NCBI GenBank assembly: GCA_050084515.1 | Contig: CM114271.1 | Location: 46,562,001-46,626,000, forward strand | Direction: 5' to 3' | Source: Blasia pusilla | Lineage: Eukaryota | Length of the DNA stretch: 64,000 bases | Shown here: piece by piece, positions 14,165 through 25,421 of the stretch | Layout of the letters: each line of letters starts with the position of its first letter | Position numbering within the stretch: the stretch's first letter is position 1 | Notes under the pieces: model-generated | What the model was told of the DNA's origin: nothing | What the model saw: the letters and a program-made list of their open reading frames with translations, nothing else | Databases searched by the model: none | Made by a program: the position numbers and the translations under genes

Positions 14165-16630
14165 CACTTTATTATAAAATAAACCTCAAAAGAGGACAAA
14201 GAAAGGTAATAACAACTCAAAAGAGGAGTAAAAAAATGCATAAAAGAATGCAAAGAGAAAATGGCAACAAGCCCATGTAAACACCGGCTTAACGAGCAAC
14301 ACGATTGATTGCTTAAAACAAATCTGACAAGAACACAAGTGGTTGGTCAGACGTGAATGGACGACGAGGCGAGCGACCTCCCACCACCTCCGCACGACGT
14401 ATTTATGCCAAGCCTTGTGCACGTTATAAGGCCACTGAGATGCATTGCCTAAAATAAGTAGTAACAACCGAGAGAGAAGGACTATGGGAAGGAGCAAGGT
14501 GATGATTCTTGAGGGAGTGGTGAGCACATGTTTTCAGGAAAGTATCAAAAGACACATGTAAATGACCGAATACTTCCACTGCAAACGGAAATAAATCCGT
14601 CAGTTGCATGTCTCACAGCATTACTTAACTCCTTGATTCTTGCTGCAGCTTCGGCCGCCAAACCTTTGGTATGTGCGGCTCTACACACCAAGTCAGAACG
14701 TGTTGGATCAGCAACCACCACATCACCTAGTGTCCGGAATCCACCTTGAGACATAACAAGATCCACTCTCCGATGAGAGGTTGCTTGTGTGGTTGAAGGT
14801 AGGACATGGAGTTGCTCTTGCCCAACGGTATATCCTGCCGTACGAGCCACCGATGCTACCGCCTCTCTAATGACATCATGTGTGGCCGTTCGTTCTCCAC
14901 CATGTGCACATTGGAGAATATGGATACCCTTGGCATCAATAGGATCCCCGCATACACAATTTGACACACCTAAGAGAGAAGGATGGGGGAGTCCAAGACG
15001 TAACCGCAAAGCTGTCGAGAATATACTTCGAGGAAGACAAAATGGAAGAATAAGAGGATCTGTAGTAAGCCACGCCTCTGCTCCAATACCCGCACATGAA
15101 CGTAGACGAGCTCGATTAGCGTCGGAGGATGCCTTTGAGAGAATGCTGGAAAAGTTGATTTGATGCAGATTCTCGGAGATATGCTCTTGAAGTCGATCAA
15201 GCCCTTCTGTAATTAGTTGATTGAAAGGGGGTAGAATTGCTTGTGTAGCAAGAGGAAGAAGAGCTCGTGCAGATCTTAGTTGTTGTTGAAATAACAAGTC
15301 CCCCTCCTCGACATGGGCGATATGATCCATCAAGATAGGTGTATCTCCTTGGAGAAACCTTGAAGCCATAATCGGTGCTACCAACGCCCAACTCCCCAAA
15401 AAGGCTGCGGAAGCAGATGTGATTGTGGAGGATAGTCCCACCCCTCCAAAAGAAATAGGCAAGATAGCTTGTCGTGAAGCAAAGACACCATCCTCTCCCT
15501 CAAAGGTATTCGAGCCAAGAAGTTGACCAAAAGTTGCCAAGATAGAAGCATTAAAAGAGGCCAGCCGATATAAGAAGCTTGAAGTGGGAGGACAAGTGCG
15601 AAGAAGGTAGGAAGGACGTCGAATAAAACCTTGGGAGAGAATCCCATAAGCCACTTGGGGATCCCCAAGATGAGGTAATAAATGAAGCCATTCCACGTCT
15701 TTCAAAAGGGCCTCATCCAAGAACTTTGAGACATAGTCAATGAAGCCAATTGGGACCCCAAGAACTCTAACCCCTTCAATATAAATGGGGAAATCAGGAG
15801 TAGGTGGGGTGAATATTGAGGGAAGGCATGAAGGAGACCATACTCCACATTTACTAAGTTGGACTTTAAGGTTTAAGAAAGAGAGTTGCTCCACGAAATG
15901 GGTATAAGCAGGAACCACTTCAGAAGGAGGACCTAAAATGTGAGTGTCATCAGCAATAGAAGGGAAAAGACAAGATGGAAATGCTTGCGCTGATGCTCGA
16001 AGGGCACGAAAATAGGCAATGGCAAAGAGTGGGCCTCCCATGGGATCACCTTGACGTGTGCCACAAGCCGATTGTAGAATACTATATTCCCCAGAAGTAG
16101 CATGATGGGAATAGATAATGGGCGTATCATAGGCATAGAAGGAGCGAACAAATGGAATGAGGCTCGCGAGTTGTCATCCTGCACAACGTAATTCCTCAAA
16201 GATGGCCGCACGAGAAACTGAATTGAATGCGTTAGCCACATCGAATTGAATTGCTATCCAATCTGGATGAATATCAAGAGTGGAGCGAATCCCATGCACC
16301 ATAGCCTCACAACCTCTAGAGTTGCCACTCCAAATTAATGAGGAAATAAGTGGGCACTAAAGTGAGGACGAAATTGCAAGCATAGGAATCGACTGACCAA
16401 GTGGTATAAAACCTCTCCAATAGCCAAAGGGCGCACACCTGAAGGAGGCTTATCCATAGCCAACAAACGACAAGCTCCTAAGAGCCTAGAGATAGAGAAT
16501 GGGAGACGACCTGCCGCCATATGTGCACACATCTTATATAGAGAGACAAAGCCACTTGCTGAATCTGCTGGGATAAAGCAATCGCGGAGATACTCAAAAA
16601 CCATCCCTGACAGCCCGCTTGCTGATAAAC
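14165..16630 (-). mobile_element. 5'-truncated non-LTR retrotransposon with RT and restriction-like endonuclease (CRE-like)
   Basis: RT motifs GVRPLAIGE, FDVANAFNSVSR, GTRQGDPMGGPLF and SIADD; thumb-region LPISFGGVGL; C-terminal CVCG...HILQC...H zinc motif followed by RRVDL...DVVVADP (RLE). Stop at 16335 plus frameshifts. Confidence 0.88.
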
Positions 16631-17999
16631 GAAGAGTGTAGAAAAACCCTAGTGGAAACCTCCAAGTCAAAGTCTGTTGTATAATCTTCAATTTTATAAT
16701 ATGAGAATCTTTAAAGTGAAAATTAGATGCCGGAAAGAAATTGGAAAACAGTTTTCAAACCCGGCTGCCCCGTCAGAAGCTTTGAACGGGCACACTCATA
16801 AGACCTTAGAGCCGGGGCTGCCGGGCTCTAAATTCTTAGCAGTACTAGCAGTACTTCTGAGTCCAGCTCTGAGTACCGGCTCTAAAGCCCAGAGTCTTGA
16901 CTCTAAAGGGTACTGCTGCTCCGTCACCCACGGACTCACCGCTATGTACTTCCCGTCTTCGAACCTGTCATGTCTGTCACGGACTCACGGCCACAATCCA
17001 CCGTGCTGGAAGGAACCTACTGAGTGCACGTGAGCGACGTCGTGGCGGTGTCCTATAACTGCGCAGTGCGATTCCCCAGTGCTGCGCAGCTGCTCTCCGT
17101 CGCTTGCTACTGTGGTTTACACCGGGAAGCTGTAGGGAACGTCGTACACCGCAGGGGGCCGGTGACCGCCGGTCATCCGTTGCACTACCACGAGAGATTC
17201 CCATACAGTGTTAAGACCCGGTACAATAGTATGACTATTACTGTAATAGTACTGGACTACTAGTGCTATATGCTTCTGTAGATATGTATTATTGTGGGCG
17301 GTAATGGAAACCGTAAAAGGACTCACGGAACGGATTACTGCTCTGTGGGTTGATTGATTGGATGTCGAACCCGATTCTTCCGTAACGTTGTGGATGAAGA
17401 CGCCATGTAACAGGTGTCGATATGTCATCCATGTGTCGCAATTGACGCGTATTCAAACAGCTCGGACCAGACAAACTTGCAGCATCCGAACCTGACCTGC
17501 TGTGTCATTAGGAGTAACTCGAGGTTAGCCTACGAACCGTACGTCCCTTGGACCTTAAAACCTTACTACGGGTCCGATTCCATTCGTACGAAATCTTCCA
17601 CAATAATACGATGGAGTAATCTCCATAGCCCTCCCGTACGAAAATTAAAAACTCATTCAAATTGTAACGGGAAGTTTTCATTATTTAATAGATATGCATA
17701 ATTAGTAATTCTATTTTTTTAGAAAATTTATTATATTTTATATTTCATTTCAATGTAAAGAATTTTTTATAATTTATAGTAGGGAAAAAGGAGGGGTGTG
17801 AACAATTGAAAAATCAAATGAAGGATCTATGGGTGGAGCTTTTTATTATTGTGAGGAATTATGATAGAAAGATTTGTCACTAGATACACAATACTAACCA
17901 ACATACACTAGCTATACTCAAAACTTATTCAAGATCTATTTATCTTATGAATTCTAGAACATCCTTATATGAAGGACTAAACACACCTCATGTATGGGA

Positions 18000-19800
18000 A
18001 TTCAACAAACAAAATGGAGGAGGAGGCCATGGCGTGAATACCTCGTTCTAAAGATCCGAGTGGAGTTCAAGCTTTCGCAACACTGGTAAATCACTATCGA
18101 GGCAGTGCGATGGACTTGAGTGAAATGCGAAGGTGTTTACTTTGTTCGTCCATTCACTTTTATACAAATCAAAGTATGTTGGATTTAGGAGCAATGCTTC
18201 TTTGAAGTTATCTTGGAGAGATGGTGAGGGTAAGGAGTTTGTAGTGACATATAGGAGCCAATTGAACGAGGTTATGTAGGCAACATATAATTCATGTGAG
18301 GGAGAGTACTTACTTGTAATGTGGGTTGTAGCCCATTTTAGATGTTAATTGTATGGAAACTCTCATACTCATTACTAATCATCAACCACTTAGATGGTTG
18401 ATGAAGTTTGTCAAGTGTACTTGGAAACTTACTAGATTGATACTCTTGATGCAAGATTAAGAATTCAAGCTTGTCCATCATCCAAAACCCCTTAACTAGT
18501 ATATGAATGGCTTGAGCCACAATCTATTACCAAGCCAAAGCGACAAGGCTTTACGTTGGTGGCATAGTGGGAGTTATAAGAAGATGATATAAAATTCGCA
18601 TTCATTTTCCTTCTTATGTAAATTGACTATAAGAGATCAACAACAAATATCCATTTTAGGATGGAGGTTGGATGATGAGTTTTCAGATTTAGAGGTTAGT
18701 AAGGAATCTATGAGGAACACACATATCCACAAGAATGAGGTGTTTTTGGATTATACATACACTAGTGTCATCATGATTATCAAGGTTGCATGGAAACGGA
18801 CATGTCCTCGGACATGCCCGGCCCGGCCCGCACATGCACATGCACCCGAGCCTGCTCTAGAGCTCGCATCTCGCCTAGGAGCCCGCACCCGCATGGTGGG
18901 CTAGGGGCGGGCTCAAGGCGGACAGGGGCGGGCATGCACGGGCTCCATCAGCTTGGGTCTAGGTGGCGGGCTCGGGTGCGGGCCATGGCCCATGGGTACC
19001 CGGGCGGCCGGGCCTACACCAACATGTTCGTCCATAGGACGGACATAAGTCCACGGACATGGACATGTCTGTGTGCAACCTTGATGATTATGAGAGGTGC
19101 CAGAGACTATGTTAGAGCCCTACAACAACCTAAGAGGTTCAAGTGTAAAAGTGAAAGGATGCATGTATTTTGAGTTTGGTAGGATATTCGAGTATAGATG
19201 GTACCTCATTCTTTTTAGTAGGTACGAGTCATGAAAGATGCTTACGAGGAGTTGAGTTATTTTGGAGTCAAGCATGCTTATAGCTTGCTCAAGATTTAGT
19301 ATTAATGCCATGATATATATGTAGATTGATACTCAAAATTGTCTAGCTAAATACAGAGTTTATGATAAAGTATGAGCATCATTCAATGCTTCAAAACCAC
19401 ATTTACATTCTTTACTAATCGTGAGATTAGGTTATCGCTAGAGTTTGTACTTTTGATAGTGTTTACCATATGCATTGATGAGACATTATAGTTGACATGT
19501 GATGGTCGTTGGACTTTTTCGAGTGGATTGAATTGGTGGCATTTCCACCGGAATGGTTAATCATTTCACCACCAAAAATAAGGTGTTGATGGACAAGGGT
19601 ATTATGATCAAATGTGATTTTCAGACCTTGGAATGGAAAAAAGTTGGAGGTTATGGCATCAAAGGATTTCCTTTTGACAAAATTCATCATATTTCAAAAA
19701 TGTATACTATTAATAGAGGATCATTTTTCAGTGGAGACACTTGAGAATGCAACACGTGGCATGATAGGGGAGGGGTGCATTCAAATAATAGATCTTTAGG
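18000..19800 (+). mobile_element. Old degenerate copy of the gypsy pol (RT end, RNase H, integrase), interrupted by a MITE
   Basis: Remnants align to the younger copies: ...EGEYLLVMWVVAHFRC, HQPLRWLM, EWIELVAF. Many stops. Confidence 0.75.
18781..19083. mobile_element. hAT-type MITE, 303 bp
   Basis: Perfect 10-bp TIR CAAGGTTGCA/TGCAACCTTG; 8-bp TSD ATGATTAT at 18773-18780 and 19084-19091; GC-rich interior with GGACATG and CCCG subterminal repeats. Confidence 0.9.
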
Positions 19801-19909
19801 GGAAGGAGAGGGGAGGGTAGGAGGAGGGAGGATTCAATTAATAAGCAACTTGTTTGAATTTTACTATCTGAACCATATTAGATAGGTAGAAATAAATCAG
19901 GTAGAGAAA

Positions 19910-20550
19910 ACCCATAGGGATTTAAATGGAATAGAAAATATTTTATTAAGTAATCAATAATTTACTTAATATTATAATGGGTGATTATAAATATTAATAA
20001 AATATTATATTTTGATAAAAATTAAAATTTTTAGAATTTGTGTCTTAATTCACATGTGATGGAAAGGGAAAATTTCAAAGGAGGAGGAGTAGATTAAAAT
20101 TGTATGGAAGGATAAAATTAATTAGGGAATTGGGATATCATTTAAATTGAAATGGAATACTCTAATTACTTAGAAGAGTGAAATGTTATTACCCTTCTAA
20201 GATTTTAGAAAATAATAATTAAATTTAAATTTTGAAATGAATGATGTGATTATTTTTAAAATTAATTTTATTCATTTACATGTGATATTTTGGGAAGGGA
20301 AAATAAATTTTAATGGAAAGGAAATTTATTTTATTAATTAAAGTTAACTAAGAATTTTTTTTAATGAATTTTATTTTGGTGGGAATATTGGAAGGGGAAG
20401 AATAATTCTGGAGGGGGAAGAATAATTCTTGTTGGAACTTTTAGGGAGGAATTTAATTATTTAGGGGAGATGGACATTATGTAAAGGTGATTTTCTTACT
20501 ATTTTAAGATTAATAAAAGTCAAAATTATACTTAAAATTTGAAATTAAAA
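19910..20550 (-). repeat. AT-rich repeat, inverted counterpart of 6770-7560
   Basis: Reverse-complement similarity across ~650-800 bp. Confidence 0.75.
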
Positions 20551-22368
20551 ATATTTTAAAAACTTAGGTATAATTTAAAAATATCATCCACACATGTTCT
20601 TAAGCCCTTCTATTGAGGAAATTATGTTAGATGTTCATACTATAAACAATATTTCTATTATTACGAGAAAATGTTTTTTTGAATTGCATACACTTCTATG
20701 TTTGACATATAATAATTAAATAAATTTTTTAAAATTTTATACGAAAAATTAAAAAAATTGAATTTATTTACGACATTGTTAATCCCTTCAAAAGACTACA
20801 CACTCAAAAAGTTATGGAAAAAAACATTTTGACAAATGACATAATGTACCCACCATCAATCCCGTATAGGAGATCTCTTCCCGTCGGTGTTAATTGCTAC
20901 CTACAACATCCGGTTTAGGGGGGCGGCCAAGCCCCAATTCCCTTCAAGTTAGGGAATTGAAGGGAACGTAGTAATGTGGATAATTGTGGGGGCGACGAGT
21001 GGCAAAAGGAGTGGCGGAGAATGGGTAGTCGTTGGATACCATTTTTCGGACTCAAGAGTCTAGGGGGCTAGGGAATAAGATAGAGTCCATTAATTAATAA
21101 TTATGGGATTTCCTAATCATACAATCTTTTCCTTCACTCGTGCACCATTACTTACCAACAACTAGTGCTAACCCAATGATAGAAGGGCAGAGAAGCCGCA
21201 TAGAAGGCTCTCCCATGGCTAATTAACCGAGTCCCTTAATTATTTTGGAAAATAGAAGGATCTAGAAATCTCAGTGACCGATAAACTTAATCATAGACTT
21301 CTCGATTCGGACGCCGACCGTGGTGTTTTGTCGTTTACTGTTCCATTTCTTGGGCCCTCAATCATTGACAAAACGAAGGGTCTAGGAAAATCAAAACTAA
21401 TTATCAAATTTTTATATAGGACCGTGGGACATCGATCGTCGTGGAATGTTTGTTTGGATAGAGTTCTGTTGTGTCATAACAGCTTATTTCTATTTTACTC
21501 TTCTCCCCTTATGGCTCTTTTTTATTTGCAGAGTCATTTTCCCTTCCGTTTACAAATTTTCTCATTTATTTATGCGATTTTTAGTTTCATAAATATCGTT
21601 TTACTCTGAGTGTATTACATGACAATATAATAGTTCCAGTGAGAAAGGAATATATATTAGTTCCGATAGGGATTTTTAAATAATATTTTCAACGTTTCCA
21701 ACATGTGGGATAAGTTATGATAGAAAGTTTACCTTAGGATTTCCTAACGATCTCCTAGTGATTTAGTGTCCTCCTACTTAGAGCTCCCTTAATAACCAAA
21801 ATCACCTACCCCATCGGGCAAGGAAATAAAAATAAATAGTCAAGTTAATATTTTGGAAAAGACTAACTCACTATTAGAACAACTCAGAGATACCCTTGGA
21901 CATGGCACTAGCTATTAGACCACATAAATAACTTAAAACCCATGTGTTTAGAACTAGAAAATTGATATAGAATCCTTTGGCCAGTGCCACCCATAAAAGA
22001 GTTATTTAAAAAATATTCTAATGAAATGATATTGAAAATAAAGAAGGAGAAACTTTAAAACTAAGTATGTGTACTAAGCTAATCTTGATAAAAAATAAAT
22101 CTCATCTTGAAAACGGAATTGGAATAACTAATAATTGCATATGAAAAAATACATGAAAAATTTCCTTGGAAGACCCTAGGGAGCTATTCTTAAATGAATG
22201 GCCTCTTCAAGTTATGACATGCTAGTTAGGACTGGCGAGGGTGAGGGATCCTTGTAACCCTAAACGCAGGTTATGCCATACGTCATACATTTTGAGTTTA
22301 AAAGACTAGTTGCCATTTGAAAACCACTCATCTAATAATAATAATAATATAGATGCGCGTACTTGATA

Positions 22369-22588
22369 CTAGTAAGGTGCCCGTACGATGTACCGGAAAT
22401 TAAAAAAAGGTGTTTGAAGAACTAGTGTATATTCCGTGAAGGGAAGAGAGTAATGATGATGCACATAAATTCAATTTTTTTTCCTTACTGCCGGTAGCAT
22501 GTGAAACGTTTTCTTGCTGCCTAGTTATCATGTGTCAAACATAGAGGAGTTTGCAAATCAAGAAGGCACTCTTCCATAATAATATAGA
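22369..22588 (-). mobile_element. Non-autonomous mini-Helitron (~220 bp), with a second Helitron 3' end adjacent (22592-22617)
   Basis: Minus strand begins A|TCtatatt at 22588 and ends with hairpin ccggtacatcgtacggg + caccttaCTAG|T at 22369. The neighbouring end reads gtgcatcgcacgggtacctcgCTAG. Confidence 0.6.
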
Positions 22589-23348
22589 TAGCTAGCGAGG
22601 TACCCGTGCGATGCACAAGTACAATGCGACCGTTAACTGTCCAATTTTAAAATTTTAAAATCTTAATCATCGTACGTAAACGACGGGGGAGAAGAAAGAA
22701 GGGTCCACTCGATCCTGGAAATAAGGCCACATATAAATATTTTAGAGTGGAAAATAAGAACGAAATTCGAACTTGACATGTGTCTAATGCTGAGGAGGTC
22801 TGAATCGAAAGAAGATTCACAAATATAGATTATCAAGTTTGACAACCATAATAGGACTTATGGGCATGTGATGGAACAAATGGTCCACTTAATCGTACTT
22901 GACAACGCTACGTGTCCAGGATTCCTCTTAATCAAGGATAATTCCACGGGGTCTAAGTTACTTTTCTTAGAAAAAAGACGCCACATCCATAAAGTATTCT
23001 ATCCACATAACATTATTGTCAAAATTAAATTAAAAAAATAGAAAATGCGCTGAATGTCTTTTCCTTTTCCTCAGATTGACTTGCATATTTCACATCAAAT
23101 ATTTTTAAAAAATTTATTTCTTTGAATAGCTTAACATAAGATTGTTTCGTGCATTAATCTAATATGAAATAATAATAATAAAATACTCAACGTCAAAGTT
23201 TAGACTTACATCCCCTCGTGCGATCAGATGAAGGCCGGGGGCGCTTGCCTAAAAGTAGGCAAGCCATCGCCAACCAGAAGGGAATCCCGAGCCGGCCCCG
23301 TCTGCAGTCAGTTTCGTTCCCTTTGGGTCACAGTACCGTCATACGCGA

Positions 23349-23452
23349 CCAGTCAGTCAGTCAGTCAGTCCGTCCGTCCGTCAGTTCGGCAGTCAGCCAG
23401 TCAGTCAGCGCACCTGCACGCCCGTCAGGCAGGCAGGCGGGCGGGCGGGCAG
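23349..23452. repeat. Compound tetranucleotide microsatellite (CAGT/CCGT/CAGG/CGGG)
   Basis: Visible directly; lies in the GC-rich region upstream of the BRX-like gene. Confidence 0.85.
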
Positions 23453-25421
23453 TAAGACGGAAGCCAGGCTCCTAGGAGGACGGGCGGGCAGACGGATAAC
23501 GGATTCGTTGAAGTTACGGGGAGCGGTCAACTCGAACAGGCGGAGCAGAGGTGGCGCCGAGGAAGAGGCGAAGGTGAAGAGGATGGGTGCGTTGGGGGGT
23601 TTCGGAGAGGCTTTGCGCGGGGAAAGGACGACGACGATCGACGAATTTGATGGAGGGTAGGTGGGACGCGATGCCAATCCGAGGCCAAAGCGAGAGCGAA
23701 AGGCGGGAGGAGAAGTAAATGCGCAGGTGTCGTAGAGGTTTTCGTCATTCGAGACGATGTGGCGCAAGTAATTGAAGTCATCTTGTACGGCGAAATCCGC
23801 GCGAAGAGAAGAGATCGCGATTGCGCTGCAGGCTCGGAAGGTGCGAAGCCGATACGGTTTGAATTCCTGGTGAGAATGCCGAAAAGCGACAAGATAGGCC
23901 CCGCGAAGAAAAGAGATGAGAGTTAAGAGGGCCCTGGAGATCGAGTGGCGGTGGTGGATTCCGCTGCTGTTGTATGGAGATTTTGCTCAGGATCCGAGTT
24001 GAGAACGCCGGGCGATGCAATGATATGACTGTCAAAAGTGCACCGGTGATCGGGAGGCAGTGGTTAAATCCGCTGCAGTCGCAGTGAGGTGATTGCCTGA
24101 GCGCAGGGTAGATAGACTGATGGATGTTTGTCAAGCCATTAACGGCCGCTGGCAACAGAATACCCGCCTACTGCGTTGGCTTGGCGAGCCAGGCTTCGAT
24201 TCATGGTTAGCTAGGTAGACAGTCGCACAGCGAGGATTAGCATGAAGGATATTAGTGGTAACTACAGTCGCGAGCGATGACGTGAGTACTCCAGCCGATA
24301 AGCCCATTGTGCAATACAACATTTGCATTCCGCGTTGGCTTGGTCAGCCAGAGCTCGATTGATGGCTAAGTAGGCAGTTAAAGAGAGAAAGCAGCATCAA
24401 CGATATTAAACGCTCCTTTCATCGACAAGTGAGGTGAGCAGTCCAGCTCGTGATCAGACTCACGCAGGCCTAAACCCTCGGGACCTGCGATGTTTGATTT
24501 AGGCAGGTTTGATACTCGTCCTAGTAGCGATGAGAAGTTGTCGTGCTTCTGGCAGTCGTGCATAGGTGCCTTCGAGAATTGACTTCAACGGCGACTTTTG
24601 TAACTTGGACTTTGAATAGCCTAGTGGATCAACAAATGAGGAAGGATAGGCTCCGGCGGCAGTCACCAGTGTAATTGTTGTATATCGCTCCATAAGTCAC
24701 GATTTGGAAATTGGGGAATCTTCAGCAGGTTTGTGTTAGTTCACGGTGGCCCGGTCCACCCGGTCCAATGCTCGCGTGCCTGGTTTGCAAACACTCTGAG
24801 AGCGATGAGGGGGACGTTCCGCACGATAATGCAGCAAAGAACATCGCCTCCAAATATGGCATCAGGCTCTTTACCTTCCAGGTGTGTTAGTCGTCTGCAT
24901 GCAAAATTGAAGCGTAATGAAGAGAAGCTGTCCTGTCCGACACGATCCGCACTACGAGTAGTAAAACCCGGAAGGTAAACTTCGCCTACACAGGGAAGAA
25001 TACGTTACAAAAGGTAATGTCAGACAATTGTAGGGTCATCGGTCAATCACCGATCGTAGCCACTAGAGTTTTGTTTGTCTCGACGACTTTTGTCTTTTTC
25101 TAAATTTGTTCGTTCACCAGGACGAATTGAATACATTTGAATTGCCCTTGGAGCCAAATTTCGACATCCGTCCGTTTGAAGATCGATGTATGCCGTGGTG
25201 TAGGAGATTTCACTCTGCAAGTGCGCGCGCCTTGAAACTTGTAAATATAAGTGCGCGGAACACAGAGTAGTTCAGGCGGCTTTCATTGCTTAGACGACTC
25301 TTTGACCTCGCTCTTTGCTCATAGACTAGATGGTAGCCACTAAGCAGTGTCTGTCGTAGCCTTGCGACCATAGACCCCGCGCACTCATTGAGTAGTGCCT
25401 GGCGAGAGAGAGAGAGAGAGA

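Noticed and set aside
23218-24155. Overlapping GC-rich ORFs
   Set aside because: Driven by microsatellite and GC content; more likely promoter or 5' UTR of the BRX-like gene.
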